Shown here: piece after piece, positions 35,136-49,996 of the stretch | How positions within the stretch are numbered: the stretch's first letter is position 1 | How the letters are laid out: each line of letters opens with the position of its first letter | Source of the DNA: Hydrolagus colliei | Taxonomy: Eukaryota | Assembly: GCA_035084275.1 (NCBI GenBank) | Contig: CM068778.1 | Location: 992,001-1,056,000, forward strand | Length of the DNA stretch: 64,000 nucleotides | Direction: 5' to 3' | Made by a program: the position numbers and the translations under genes | The notes under the pieces: generated by a model | Told to the model about the DNA's origin: nothing | What the model saw: only the letters and a program-made list of their open reading frames with translations | The model's database searches: none

Positions 35136-35422
35136 TTACTGACCAGCACCAACCTGGAGAGGATCTGGTGAGTGTTTGTGTCATTGTTTAAGGTGATAAA
35201 CACACCGAGAGAACAGGGCTGGGTGTCAGAATGGAACCAGTTTGAGGCCATTTATTTATTTATTGAATAAACATGCCATGAACAGTTTCCAGTTTATATG
35301 GTGATCAGGTGTTTATTTGCTTTTTCAGGCTGGAGGGGAATAAGTTCAGTTCAGATGGAAAGAATCAGCTGGAATCGCTGCAGGTATTCAGAGCTGGGCT
35401 GAGAGTGTTTGTGAGATCGTGA
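35136..35422 (+). pseudogene. NLR 3' remnant (last ~33 nt of the LRR exon plus terminal exon 35329-35422)
   Basis: CACCAACCTGGAGAGGATCTG|GTGAGT and TTTTTCAG|G LEGNKFSSDGKNQLESLQVFRAGLRVFVRS*. Confidence 0.78.
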
Positions 35423-38400
35423 CCAAGGCTGTGACTGTCCACACAGTGTGTAATGTAATACATTCTGTACACTGTAGTGACTGGTTATTAAATATGTAAT
35501 TCCTGATTCCTCTCCCATCAGTCTGTCCCACTGTGTGTATGTGTGAGAGAGAGACACCAAACACACAGTCTCTAGAATTTAACCCAAACACACAGTCATT
35601 ACACATTACCCCAAACATACAGTCACTACACTTTACCCTCCCTCCATAGCCAGAGCTCAATGTGTTTTATAATCCATACTGGCAGAGTCCTGTCCTAGCT
35701 CTCAGATTGTCCTTACACTCACCCCCATTCACACTCACACTCGCACAGAGCTCACACTCATCCCCCCCCCCACACACACCCAGCTCACACCCTCCCACAC
35801 ATACACACTCACCCACCCACACACACCTTCAGCTCACACTCACCCATGCACACACACATCACATTTATGTCCCCACATACACACTCATCTCACACTCAAC
35901 CACACTCACTGTCAGCTCAGTCACCCACACACACGCCACCCAGCTCACACTCGCCCCACACATACCCTCAGCTCAGTCTCCCACACACACAGTTTACACA
36001 CCCTGAGCTCACACTGGTTACACAATGACTACAGGGAGGGCAGTGTATAGAGGGTGTGTAGTTCTATAGTTCAATGATTAGAACACTCGCCTTCTAGTCC
36101 GCTTACTAATCCATTGGCGGATCGGTTTTGCTGGGGTAAATATCTGTCCAAACATTTTTTAAATAGTAATAATAACGCAGTCTCTCAATCCACAAATTGT
36201 ATGTGTAGCAGTGATGTGCGAATGGGCTGCCAGCTTTTCCCCCCACAAAAACACACAGTCACGGGATTTACAATATATTCCGTGAAGCGCTTAGAGACAC
36301 CAGTACAATGTGATAGGTCACTATATAAAATCCAAGCATATTTTTAGAATTGCTGATCCACTAAGCAAAGATCATTTATGGTTCATCAACCACCTAATAT
36401 ATTCCAAAGGGACTCGCATTCTCCCTGTGTTTATGTTTGATTCAGTACTGATTCACACAGTCTACAGTAATAACTGCAAGGCACTTTGCGACAAGTGACT
36501 TAGTGACTTGATAAGATATGCTGAATAAATATCTGTCCCGATCGTACCAGCAACTCGCTGGTACGATCTTTCATTCAAATTGGTCGGCGGTGACGCCTTG
36601 GCCACTGCTCAGCATTAAACTGAATTTTCAACATTAAAAAAAGGAAAAAAAGAACAACATTTCTGATGACCCTTCGCGAACCTACTGAGGATCCTCGTGA
36701 CCCTGATTTGGGTCGGGGCCCAAGGTTGTGAATGACAGGATTAGAAGATGTGAAAAGCGTTATACCAAATGCAAGGATTATTATTATAATTATTATTGTT
36801 TCTTCTTCCTGAGAGAGGAATGGATTGTCATTCAGTCTGGCTCCCAGTCAGGGGGTCAGACACATGGCCCTCCAACACCCAGCAGACAACAATAACAATA
36901 AATGACATTTGTGTATCGCCTTTCACGTCGGGAGGAATTCCAAACGCACAGAAGGTGAGTGAGAATAATTTGGGTTAATGGCGCTTTGAGAAGTCTGAAA
37001 TGACATGATAAGGCGCTGCATCATATGGAAGGATTAATATCATAAGTATTATAATCCAGACTCCCAGCAGCGAGATGACAGATGACAGGGAGTGTACGAG
37101 TGAGACATGGTTTTGTGTTGGACGTGGCTGAGATGTTACCGGCCACCACTGCCTACACTGCTCTGTACATTGCCGGCTCCCTCCGACCGTCAGTTACACA
37201 GTGACTGGCCCTGCTTTTTTGGGGGGAATTCTGTTCCTTTATCACCATATTGGCTGTGGCATTTCGCCCACAAATATACAATCAATTCACTTTACCGTAT
37301 AGTCTGTGAAGTGCTTTGAGACGTTGATAAGAATATGAAAAGCGCTATATCAAATGCAAGGATTATTTTGTTAATATTAGATGTCAATATTGGACACAAG
37401 TGACTTCACACAGATACTGGGAGCACCGAGTATGGAAACAGACAAAGTGAGCAGTTGCTGAGCAATGTTTGAAGGAGGAAACATACTGTTGGAGACACAG
37501 GGAATTTGGGTTTGCGGAGATCAGGAACATTTCAAAACCTTTACCTGGTTTTCTCCTCCTCCCTCTTAGCTGAGATACGCTTGACCTGCAGCAGACACAA
37601 AGTCGAGGATTAGCCATGTCATTGTACTTTTAAAAAGTTCAAAAGCTGTCGTGCCTCATATCCTAATATAAATAAAACATAAAATCAAGGCTGATATAAA
37701 GTTATTTTCATTTTTAAAATACCTTTGAAAAGGGGATTTTGCTGTGTGTAAACCAACAGACGCTTGTCAATCTTGCCAATGCTGTGCTTGTGAAGCAAAC
37801 TGTTTGGGTTGTTGCATTTAATGGATCGGCAGATGTCCTGGGCCTTGTGAGTTCTGCTCAGTGCTCTCAATTTCGCCCACAAAATCTACAGGCAATTAAA
37901 TTTACATTATACTGTATAGTCTGTGAAGAGCTTTGAGTCATCTCGAAGGTGTGATAGCCGCTGGCATGGCCCTGGCGACCACTTCTGTCTGAAGACATGA
38001 CAGGATTGGGCTGGAGAATGTCAAGTCTCCACACCCGGCTGTGCAGTAGCTCACTGAGTCTCTGGGTCTGACACTCACCAGGTTGGCTTGACTCTCCTCT
38101 TCCTGTTCAGCCCACACAAGCACCAGGTCAAGGAAGGCCACACGGCCATCCTGAAATACAAAGCTGCTGTTAGTGTGTGCGGACTTCATGTCTTAACTCA
38201 AAGCTGTTCCTCCACATGGCGGGCACTGGCCTATTTCGTGCCCCCCACCCTTATCTTTATTGATTCGATGCCCCCAGCTCACGCAAGGTTGAAATGGATA
38301 GTCTTTAGAAGAGACTTGAAGAAGGCAAGAGAGGGGGTAAACAACAAGAAGTTAAATTCATATGGCGCCCTCCACATTGGATAGTGACTCAGAACTCTTC

Positions 38401-40380
38401 AAATAACAGATCCCGAGGCCGAGCCAGGGCAGGGGGGGAAAAGGTGACCAAGGCAAGGAAAAATGGAAAGGAAAGATGTGACCGAGGTTGAAAAGAAAGG
38501 TCTTCAGCTGAGACCTGAAACTAGGAAGAGAGGGAGCAAAGTGAAGGGAGTTAGGAAGGGAGTTCTACAGCTTCGGGGCGTAGTGGCTGAAGGCATGGCT
38601 GCCGACGGTGAAGCGGAGGATTTGGGGGACAAGGAGAAGAGCAAAACTGGAGGAGCGAAGGTGAAGGGTTTTGTTTTCATAGAAGCATAGAATCTTATGG
38701 CACAAAAGGCCATTTGACCCATTGAGTCTGTGCCGTCTCTCTGATAAGAGCCATTCAATCCCACTCCCCAGCTCTCTCCCCATAACCTCGCAAACTCGTC
38801 ATCGCCAAATAAATGTCTACCTCCCTTTTAAAAGTTGTTATTGAATCAGCCTCCACCTTCTTTTCAGGCAATGCATTCCACATTCAAACAACTTGCTGGG
38901 TGAAAAAACTTTCTCACCTCTCCTCTACTTCTATTTGAAACTATTTTAAATCTGTGACCACGAGTCACTGATACGCCCACCAGTGGAAACAGTTTTTCCC
39001 TATCTACTCTGTCGAATCCTGTCATGAACTTGAAAATCTCCATTGGGTCTTCTCGTAACCTTCCCTGCTCAAATGAGAATAAACCTAGCCTCTCTAGCCT
39101 TTCCTCATAACTGAAGTCCCTCATTCCTGTTACCATCCTGGTATATTTCCTCTCCTTTCCAATGCTTCAACATCCTTCCTGAAGTGTGGTGACCAGAATT
39201 GAACACAGTACTCTAGCTGAGGCCTAACCAAAGTTTTATAGAGGTTAGTCAGAAGTTCCTGACTTTTGTACTCTATGTCCCTATTTATAAAGCCTAGTAT
39301 CCCGTACGCTTTTTTTTTAAAAAAAAAAACAGCCTTGTCTACCTGTCCTGCCACCTTCAAAGAATCACTTTTTGAGTAGAGATTACTCTAAGATCATAAT
39401 TTCTCCCATTCCCACCGCACCTCAGCGAGCTCCCTACCTGGTCCTTCCCTTCACCCTGGAAACAACAACAACTATAACAAAGCTACACTTGTATAGCGCC
39501 TTTCACGTCAGGAGGACATCACAAGGCACTGGACAGTCATTGTTTCAGACCCGAGCTGGGGATAGCGAGGTTGGAGGGAAAGGCAGGGATTTGGAGTGGC
39601 CAATGGAGCCATCAAAGAGGAGGGTCTTGAGGCAGAACTTGAAGGAGGAAACACCGGCTTTCTTCATGTACTCCGACCCAATCTCCCACCAAATTATCAT
39701 TTTGCTCCATCCGCAGTTTCCATCCCAACCCTCATTCAAAGCACATCAACTTTTTTGACTGTTTGTCTGTGCCTTTCCCCATCCCACCTTCCGCTGTTCC
39801 CTCCCCAGCTCGGGAGTTCAGCTGGCAGTGTTGAGCAGTTTGAGAATTGACATAAAAACGGTGTTGTGTCAATGTTGTCATGCTTTTGGAAGCGAAACAC
39901 ATTCCTTATGCGGCCTGTGGACATCTCTTAAATAGGGAATCCAGCCCTCGGTATTCCATGTTGATGGCTTTAATATTAGTCATGGAAACATTACAACAAC
40001 AAAAAAATTACATTTGTTTAGCGGATTTCACGTCGGGAGGATGTCCCATACAGTAAGCATTGACAGTGCCTTATCAATATGGTTAAAAGCATCATAAATC
40101 TACAGATCAATATACCCTCCCACCATTTAACTAGTCCCTTCCGTTCCTACCCGCAGCACACAAATTATTATCCCTTCCCACATTTTAATATCCCTCCCCC
40201 ACACATGACAAACCCTCTTTCCCCTGAAATACACATAAACATCCCTCACCAACACCCCACCTCTTCCCACAAGCACATACATTCCCCTCCCGCAACAATC
40301 ACACCCCATCCACCACACAGACCGTCCAACTTCACCATTAAAAACAAAAAATGTTGATTGATATTAAACTTGTAAAACGT

Positions 40381-40726
40381 GGAGCTCCTGTGGCTCAGTG
40401 GTTAGAGCACTTGTCTTGCAAGCTGGGGAGACCAAGCTGGGGAGACCTGTGTTCGAATCCAGGCAGGCCAGCGCGAAACCTTGGGCAAGTTTCCTTACTC
40501 CACACGCCTAATAATAATCCATGAAAAAAAACACTATAATAAAAAAATTGGTCATTTCAATCCACGACTGTGTGTGGGACACTGCTGTGTGCAATTGGCT
40601 GCCGCGATTCGCCCACAAATATATACAGTCAATTCACTTTACAGTATATTCTGTGAAGCGCTTTGGGATGTCACTAAGATGTGGAAAGCGCTATATCAAA
40701 TGCAAAGATTATTATTATTATATTAT
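40381..40726 (+). mobile_element. Full-length tRNA-derived SINE, right-arm specific
   Basis: Same subfamily as 25940-26289 (shares the CTGGGGAGACC duplication); flanked by TAAAAC on both sides; empty site near 13725. Confidence 0.9.
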
Positions 40727-41215
40727 AAAACTGGTTGGTAAGAAGCCAGGACACACCCCATTCTGCTGCCAATCAATGGGGAGAGGTGCCTTTTGACCTA
40801 CTATTTATAATGAAGTGATATGAGCTATGGTAATGGAATCACACCTGGTGTCAGTGGGACACACTGGCTCTCACATCTCACTGAACCATTCTGTTAAGCT
40901 CTCCAGCAGGTGCTATCCTGACAGATGCACAACAGCCAGTTGTGTGCAAGGATCTGTGGACAACCCAAGTTCAGGATAGAAGAGGAGAAACTGTCGTATC
41001 AGTGACTTAACTATGAGTCAATGGTGTTGGATCAAAGGGCTCTCTGCACGGAATGCATCAATCTATTATTGTTATTGTATTCTATTTCCTCAAAGCAGCA
41101 TTTTTGAGCTTCGAAATGTATCTTCTCCTGGAAAGCATTCAAGTAGGAAAGGCACCTTTCAGAGCATTATTTTTCTGCTGATCAGACCACGCAAGTCTTC
41201 CCACAATCCACCCAT

Positions 41216-43766
41216 TCATACAGTCTCTCGTGTGTGTATTTCCTGGTGTCTCTGGAGGTGCTGTTTCCTTGTGAATCTATCTCCACACTCAGCACATTTA
41301 TATGGTCTCTCTCCTGAGTGTGATCGATGGTGTGATTTCATATCCCATGATGTTTTGAAACTCTTTCCACACTCAGCACATGTATATGGTCTCTCTCCTG
41401 AGTGTGATCGTTGGTGTGATTTCATTTCCGCTGATGTTTTGAAACTCTTTCCACACTCAGCACATGTATATGGTCTCTCTCCTGTGTGTAATCGATAGTG
41501 TACCTGGAGATGACCTGACGATGTGAAACTCTTTTCACATTCAGAACATTTATATGGTTTCTCTCCCGCGTGTGATCGACGGTGTACGTTCATATGGCTT
41601 GATGTTTTGAAACTCTTTCCACACTCAGCACATGTATATGGTCTCTCTGCTGTGTGTGATAGATAGTGTACCTGGAGATATCCCAAAGTTGAGAAACTCA
41701 GTCCACATTCAGAACATTTATACGGTCTCTCGCCTGTGTGTGATCGATAGTGTATCCGGAGATACCCCGACCCTGTAAAACTCTTTCCACATTCAGCACA
41801 TTTATATGGTCTCTCTCCTGTGTGTGATCGATAGTGTACATTAAGAGTGTATGACCTTGTGAAACTCTTTCCACATTCAGCACATTCATATGGTCTCTCT
41901 CCTGTGTGTGATCGATGGTGTATCTGAAGGCTTCCTGGTATCGTGAATGTCTCTCCACATTCAGCACATTTATATGGTCTCTCTCCTGTGTGTGATCGAT
42001 AGTGTTCCTTGAGTTGCCCTGATGTTATGAAATTCTTTCCACATTTTCCACATTTATATGGTCTCTCTCCTGTGTGTGATCGATAGTGCACATGGAGACT
42101 CTCTGACCTTGTGAAACCCTTTCCACATTCAGCACACTTATATTGTTTCTCTCCTGTATGTGATCGTTCGTGTCTGTGGAGGGATCCTGAATGTGCGAAA
42201 CTCTTGCCACATTGGGAACAATCATATGGTCCCTCTTCTGAGATCGATGGCAGGTGATCCTGTGGAGATCCTGTTTGCGAGACCCCCTTTTCTTCAACAG
42301 CACATATGATGGATCCATGACACTTTTCCTGCTGTGAAAACAGATTTACCTCACAAGCTGATTGTGTGGCTGATGTGCCTCCACAGAGTTCAGAATGCCT
42401 GCTGTGTTTCTGATGAAAATCGGCTTGAGTAGACACAATGTTGAACTGAGGACAAGCGGGAGCCTCCGAGTCATCTATTTTGGCTGCTGATGGGAAACAA
42501 GAAATAATTGTATAAGCGACATACATGCAAGTGTATTCTTTAGCAATTGCTGTTTGACCAATCTATCCTTGCATTTGTAGAATACCTGACCAAGTCAATG
42601 TTTTATTCTAATTACTGTCAAATGTGGGTCAATAATAGATTGCATTTATATAGCGCACTTCATGGAGGTCAGTATATGATCGTGTCAGTTTTTGTCAGAA
42701 ACTTCTTACAAACAGTCATCAGTTGACTGAATGATGAGTGAAGTGGATGCCTGGCCAGGACACTGGTAGAAATTTATATTGATGTGGGGAATGTTTTCCA
42801 TTGTCTGAATTGCCGCACTTTTGATGAAATGTTCAGCCAAGCTCCCCGGCCATGTCTTTTCCAGTGCCATTTTAAAGATACCATGGAATGATTCCAAAAG
42901 AGTTGCAAGTTTATCTCTCTCGATCTCACCACTGCGTCCTGGTTGTAATTATCCAAGATAAATTTGGTCTGTTACTTCATGGCTGTTTGAGGGACATCGC
43001 TGTGGAATCTGGAATGTCCTCCCAACATGAATAGTGCTACACAATGTTTATGTGTGTTTATTTTGACAACACTTCACAGTAAAATCCTGCAAACTGATTT
43101 AGGATGTCTGGATGACATGATAAGACGCTATCCATTACACCAGTTGCATCTTTATCATCTGCTCTGAAGAGACACAGAGGGACCACAGATACCCTAAAAG
43201 TTCAGGGTATCTGACAAAGCAGCATTGTGTGCCTCACCACTCCACCCCTCCCCCACTACAGTAACTGGACTGCGGCATCTATCTCACTAATACTTTCTTT
43301 ATCCTGAAGGCAGTGATATGGCTGAACTGATCCAGGCTATTACTTGGAACTTTTAAAATGTCCATTTTGAGGAATCAAATGCACAGCTAATAAAAGTGAC
43401 AAACATTTAAAAGCAAAGTAACCTCCCTGGATGGGGTGAAACTCAGCTTGTGAAACTGCAATCTTATCAATAACAATAATAAACACTTGTGTTTAATATA
43501 AAGCTAATCCGGTCAATTCTCAAACTCCTATAACTATTGTTTGCGTTTGATCCACAGAAACCCATGTCTCATAACCTTGCGTTACATCGGTCAGACCAGA
43601 GCAGACACTCAGCGCCAGTCAAGTGCGGAGTCATGGGAGGAGCTCCCTACAGCGGTGGCCATTTTGAAACTTCTCACCTGAACCAACCAATGGTCAAAAT
43701 CCACTGTGCGATGCTCTCTTTCCAGCACCATTTTCCAAACTCACCAAATAAATCTTTACTCAGCAT
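41216..43766 (-). CDS. C2H2 zinc-finger protein, 12 intact fingers; model: exon 43745-43766 (MLSKDLF) spliced to 42486-41216
   Basis: ORF 41216..42526 holds 12 CxxC/HxxxH repeats; donor and acceptor are homologous to those of the left paralog. Confidence 0.9.
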
Positions 43767-43876
43767 TTTCCAAATGAGAATCTCCCGACTCTCCTGTCTG
43801 TCTATCTCTAATTCCTATTAACTCTCTTAAATTACGCCATAATTGTCTTTCCAATGAAGAACCATATTCCCATCAC

Positions 43877-44170
43877 TCGTGCTCACAGATTTAAAATAGT
43901 TTCAAAGCGAAGTAGAGGGGAGCTGAGGAGAAATGTTTTCACTCAGCGAGTTGCTCGAATCTGGAATGCATTGCCTGAAAAGGTGGTGGATGCTGATTCG
44001 ATAACAACTTTTAAAAGGGAATTAGATCTTTGTTTAGGGAGAGCAGGTCTATTAGGCTATGGGGAGCGGGCAGGGCAGTGGGATTGAATCGCTCTTTTCA
44101 AAGAGCCGGCACAGACTAGATGGGCCGAATGGCCTCCTTTTGTGCCGTAAAATTCTATGAATCTATGAAT
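43877..44170 (+). mobile_element. Young CR1 family A 3' end, right-arm specific
   Basis: Near-identical to 362-666; ATCAC on both flanks; empty site at ~10795. Confidence 0.9.
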
Positions 44171-45116
44171 CACCAGATTTTGACTCCCTGCACTGCTCTC
44201 CTCAGCCCCGATCAGTGGGCAGCTGACTAACCCTGTTGACTCTCTGATTACCTACTCCTTGTCTCAACGAGCTTGTTTGGTTGCTGTTGCTGAACAGAGC
44301 TGCCGTCCCCTACCTCTGTACCGGACACTCTATTGAAGCCAGAACAACGGGGATAGACAATGTCAGCCAACTGTCCTATAAATACACTGTTCACAATGTG
44401 GGGCTAGAGGGGGCAGGTCTTGAATCCACTATGTCCTGACTTGAGAGATCAAAGTGCTACAATAGCATCTGCCCAATTCTGCTCTGGGCCAATTTATGTT
44501 TAGAAACTCTGATTGATTTATCACTCACACAGGTAATCATCGTCACGAAGATCCTTTCCCTCAGTATAAATTCTTCTCTCCCTCTTTCTCAAATCGTATC
44601 TGTTGCTCCCGGCCTCTCCTCCAGTCAATTGATTCTGTGTGGAGCTCAAACCCTTTGCAGTGCAGGGACCTAGGGAGTAAATTGATAACAAGAACAGAAT
44701 TAAAAAACGTGATGTACACAGAGAACTCAAAGCACTAACAGCTTTAGGCTGAGAAACTTTAGAGTTTTGTAGACAGTAGATAAAATAGTTCCGAATCAAA
44801 TTGGTTAGCGCCTTGCACAAGAGAACACAGGCTTGATTCCCAGGTGGGGAAAACCTTAGACAAGTTTCCTCGCTCCACAGGCCTCTGTTTGAAGAGCAGT
44901 AATATGAACCTGGTTGATAGATTTTACAGCTATAGTGAGGCATATCGGCACATCAAGTCTGCGCTGGCTTTTTGAAAAGAACTATTCAATGTCAATCTAA
45001 CTCCCTGGATTTCTCCCGATAACCCCGCAAAACCTGTCCCCCCCAAATAACTATCCACATCGTGTTGTTATCAAATCGGCCTCCAATACCCTTTCACGCA
45101 ATTCATTCCAGACTCC

Positions 45117-47271
45117 TAAGAACATAAGAATTAGGAGCAGGAGTAGGCCATTCGAGCCTGCTCCGGCATTCAATAAGATCATGGCTGATCTTCTGACCTA
45201 CTCTAATTACCAGCCCTATCCCCATATCCCCTAATCCCTCTATTTTTCAAAAATGTATCAGTCTCAGCCTTGAAAATGTTCAAGGACTGAGCATCTACAG
45301 CCTTCTGGGGTAGTGAATTACCTAAATTCACTACCCTCTGAGTGAAGAAATGTTTCCTCAACTCTGTTCTAAAAGGCTGATCCTTAATTTTAAGACTGTG
45401 ACCCCTGGTTATAGATTCTCCTACCAGGGGAAACAGTCCCTCAGTGTCTACTTTATCTAGCCCTTTAAGAATCTTATATGTTTCAATAAGATCCCCCCTA
45501 ATTCTTCTGTGCTCTAGAGAATACAGCCCTAGTTTATTTAACCTATCCTCACAGGTCAGTCCCCTCATCCCAGGAACTAACCTAGTGAATCTACGCTGCA
45601 CCCCCTCTAAGGCAAATATTTCCTTTTTTAAATAAGGAGACCAAACCTGCACACAATACTCTAGGTGCGGTCTCACCAGAGCGCTATACAGTTGCAGCAA
45701 GACTTCCCTACTCTTATACTCTAAACCTTTTGAAATGAACGCTAACATGCCGTTCCCCTTCTTAGTTGCTTGCTGCACCTGCAAACCTGCAAGTTTTTGG
45801 GACTGGTGTACAAGGACACCCAAATCCTTTTGAATACTAACCCTATCTAACTTCTCATCCTCTAGAAAATAATCTATTCTTTTATTCTTGCTACCTAGGT
45901 GAATAATTTCACACTTGCTAACATTGAATTCCATCTGCCACCTACTTGCCCACTCCCCTAGCCTATCTATATCTTGTTGCAATCTTTTTAAATCATCCTC
46001 AGAGCTCACTCTGCTACCTAGTTTAGTGTCATCCGCAAGTTTAGACACATTACATTCAATGTTCTCATCTGGATCATTGATGTAAATAGTAGCTAGCTGA
46101 GGCCCAAGCACTGATCCTTGTGGCACTCCACTAGTGACATCCTGCCAATTCGAGAATGATCCATTTATCCCTACTCTCTGCTTTCTACCTGATAGCCACT
46201 CTTCTATCCATGTTAATATTTTTCCATTAATCCCGTGGGCCTTAATCTTGAGTAACAGCCTTTTGAGTGGCACCTTGTCAAATGACTTCCTAAAATCCAA
46301 ATATACCACATCTGCTGGTTCCTCCTTATCCAGCCTATTGGATACATCCTCAAAAAATTCCAAAAGATTAGTCAAACATGACTTCCCTTTTGTAAAGCCA
46401 TGTTGACATCTTTTTACGGTCTTCAAGGTATCCCATAACTACGTCTTTTATTAAGGACTCAAGAATTTTCCCTACAACTGATGTCAGACTAACTGGTCTA
46501 TAGTTTCCCATATTTTCTCTCCCACACTTCTTAAATAGTGGAGTTACGTTTGCAATCTTCCAATCAATGGGGACTTTTCCAGTATCCAGAGAATTTTGGA
46601 ACATTATAGACATGCCATCCATTATCTCAGTAGCCACCTCCTTTAAAACTCTGGGATGCAGGCCATCCGGTCCAGGGGATTTATTGGTTTTAAGACCCGA
46701 CAATTTACCTAGAACCATCTCTTTACTAATGTTAATCTCCCTAAATTGCTCGCTAACATTGTCTTCTTGGTTCTCCTCTATTTTTGGTATGTTTCCAGTG
46801 TCTTCTACGGTGAAGACTGTAGAAAAATACTTGTTTAATGACTCTGCCATGTCTTTGTCCCCTATTGCAGGCAGAGACCATTGCAGGTCTCTGCCTGCAA
46901 TGGACCCACATTCACCCTCGCCAGCCTTTTCCTCTTTATAAAATTGTAAAACCTCTTGCAGTCTGTTTTTATGTTCCTCACTAGTTTGCCCTCATAATCT
47001 ATTTTCTCCCTCTTGATCTATTTTTTGGTCCTCCTCTGTTGTTCCCTAAAGTTCTCCCAATCCTCGGGTTTACTACACATCTTCACTGTTTTATAGGCTT
47101 TTTCTTTTGATTTGATATTTTCCCTAACTGCTCTAGTTAGCCACGGCTGAACCACCTTTCCCGTGGCATCCTTATTCCTCAAAGGATTATGTGTTCGTTG
47201 GGAATTTTGCACTCTCTCCTTGAATGTCTGCCATTGCTGGTCTACTGTCAAATCCTTAAGTCTAGTCTCCC
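45117..47271 (-). mobile_element. CR1 family B LINE, 5'-truncated (~2.15 kb), RT region with frameshifts
   Basis: ORFs 47018..47281, 46368..46850 and 45203..46426 (QHGF...CLTNL, GVPQGSVLGP, ADDTKL); (TTCTTATG)n tail; inserted at GAAT^CTGG of an older CR1. Confidence 0.93.
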
Positions 47272-47841
47272 ATTCAAACAACTCGCTGCATGAAATAACC
47301 TCTATCAGGTCTCCTCATAACCTTCTCTGCTCCATTGAGAATCATCTTAGACTTTCTAGAGTTTTCTCACAACCAAAGTCCGTCAATCCTGCTAACATCC
47401 CAGTGAATTTCCTCTGCACCCTTTTCAAGGCCTTAACATCCTTCCTAAAGTGTGGTGCCCAGAATCGAAACACAGCACTGAGGCCTAAACCAAGTATTAT
47501 ACAGGTTAATTAAAGCTTCCTGGCCTTTGTACTCAATGCCACTATTTATAAAGCCTAGTATCTTGTATGCTTTTTTTTAAACAAACAGCCTTATCTAGCT
47601 GTCCTACCACATACAAAGGTTTACTTACATCCTTCGAAGATTTACTTACAATAATTGCTAAAAAAAAAAAATTTAATTGATCATTTTATGCCACTGTTGT
47701 TTGTGGGACACCGCTAAGCACGATTTGCTGCTGAGTTTTGTCCATAAATACAGTCAATTTGCTTCATAGTATATTCTGTGAAGCATTGTGAGACATCTAG
47801 AAGACGCAAAATATTAAATAATAGTATATATATATATATAT

Positions 47842-48753
47842 TAGGGTCGTCGATATGGAAATTTTCTGATTTAGATATATCAACGGGCTCATATCGAGAT
47901 ATACTGAAATATCGATATTTTCGGGTTTTTCGTACTGCGCATGCGCAGGCAGCGCGCGCATTTAGGGTGCGCGCGCGTTCGGGGGTTATCTCCTCAGGAG
48001 GTAAATATCTTTCTCTCTCTGTGTCTCTCACTCTCTCCATCTCTGTATTTTTCTGTCTGTGTCTCTCTCCTCTAAAACACCCCCCCCATCTCTATCTATC
48101 TGTATATTATCACATCCACCCCGTCTCTCCCCCACCCACTCCCGCCGCCGAACCTCTCTCGCACCCCCCACCCCCGACGTCTATCTCCCCCTCCTTCCCC
48201 CAGCCGTCTCTTTCCCACTCCCCCCCCGCCGTCTCTCTCTCTCTCTCCCTCCCCCCACCCAGCCGTCTCTCTTCCCCCCACCCAGCCGTCTCTCTCCCCC
48301 CCCACCACCAGCCGTCTCTCTCCCCCCCCCACCAGCCGTCTCTCTCCCCCTCCCCCCAGCCGTCTCTCTCCCCCTCCCTCCCCAGCCGTCTCTCTCCCCC
48401 ACCCCCCCCTCAGCCGTCTCTCCCCCACTCCCCCCTCAGCCGTCTCTCTCCCCCCCCACTCCCCAGCCGTCTCTCTCCCCCTCACCCCCACCCCAGCCGT
48501 CTCTCCACCCCCACCCCTTGCATACCTGTATATTGTATTCAAGGACTATGAATACAATATGGCGGCTTTGTACCTCGGTCTGTGCATTGTGTATAGAGAT
48601 GAGCATTCTGGGTCTTGTAGTTCAGTGTGCAGGCATTCCGATTTTTTCCCTCGATATATCGACTTTTCGATATATCGATATTTTTGAAATGCCTATATCG
48701 GCGTATCGATATGAAAATTATATCGGGTTTTAGCGATATATCGCCGGACCCTA
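47842..48753. mobile_element. hAT-family MITE (same family as 16231-16681) with internal C-rich minisatellite
   Basis: TAGGGTCGTCGATATGGAAATTTTC ... GCGATATATCGCCGGACCCTA; inserted in a (TA)n tract; internal CAGCCGTCTCTCTCCCCC repeats at ~48200-48510; absent at the left-arm site ~9415. Confidence 0.9.
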
Positions 48754-49996
48754 TTATATTTATATATATATATATATAATCCTTGCATTTGATATAACGC
48801 TTTTCACATCATATAAACTTGTCGAAGCGTTTTACAAAATATACTGTAAAGTGAATTGACTGTATAATTGTGGGTGAAATGCAAGCAATGCATGGGCAAG
48901 TTATAGATAAACGTAGACTGAACATTTAAACAATAAGCAAATACAGTGAGGTACAGATAAATGGAGTGGTTACCTTTCCCTGGGGTAATCGCACATTCCA
49001 TGTTGCTGGCTTGGGTTTCCTCAGACATTCTCTACTGCCTTGTGTTAGCAGCACAAACTTATACCTGATGTGTTACCAGCCAAACATATGGTCAAACGCA
49101 GCCCCTACAGGGAGACAATGGGGGGGGTCAGGGAGATACACACAGAGACACAGACAGACACACTCACCAGGACCTCCCATAGGGAGACAAGAGGGGGGGA
49201 GGGGAGTCAGGGAGACACGCACACACGCACCCTCACACCAGAATGTCTGATAGGAAGACAAGGGGTGGGGGTCATCAGGAAGACACTCACAGCCACACGG
49301 ATACTCAAGAACAACAACAGGAACAACAAAATTACATTTATACAGCGCCTTGAAGGAGGAAAGGGAGGCAGTGAGCCGAAGGGATTGCAGGATGGAGTTC
49401 CACGGTGTGGGAGCGGAGAGGCTGAAAGCCGACCACCAATGGTGGGGCGGTTAGGGCGGTGGACATGGAGCAGCCAGAGCCTGCTGAGCGGAGCACAGAC
49501 ACAGCCACACTCACCCTCACACCAGGCTCTCTAATAGGGGGCAAAAGGGGGGTCAGGGACACACAGACGCACTCATCCTCACATCAGGAATACAAGGGAA
49601 TACAAGGCGGGGGTGGGGGGCAATGTCAGGGAGACACACAGACACACAGCCACTCAACCTCACACAAGGACGTCTTACAGGGAGACAAGGGATTGGGAGT
49701 GAGGGAGACACACACACACACACACCAGGACCCTGTACAGGGAGACAAGTGGGTGGGGTGGGGGGGTTCACGAAGGCACACACATACTCTCCCGCATACA
49801 AACACACAGCAGCCACACTCACTCTCACACTCGGACCCCCTACAGGGAGACAAGAGGCGTTCAGACACACACACACACAGCAACATACACACATAGTTAC
49901 ACTCACCCTCACACCAGAACAACCTACAGGGAGACACACACTGAGACAGGGATACATACACACAGCAGCCACCGATGCCCTCACAACAGGACCCCC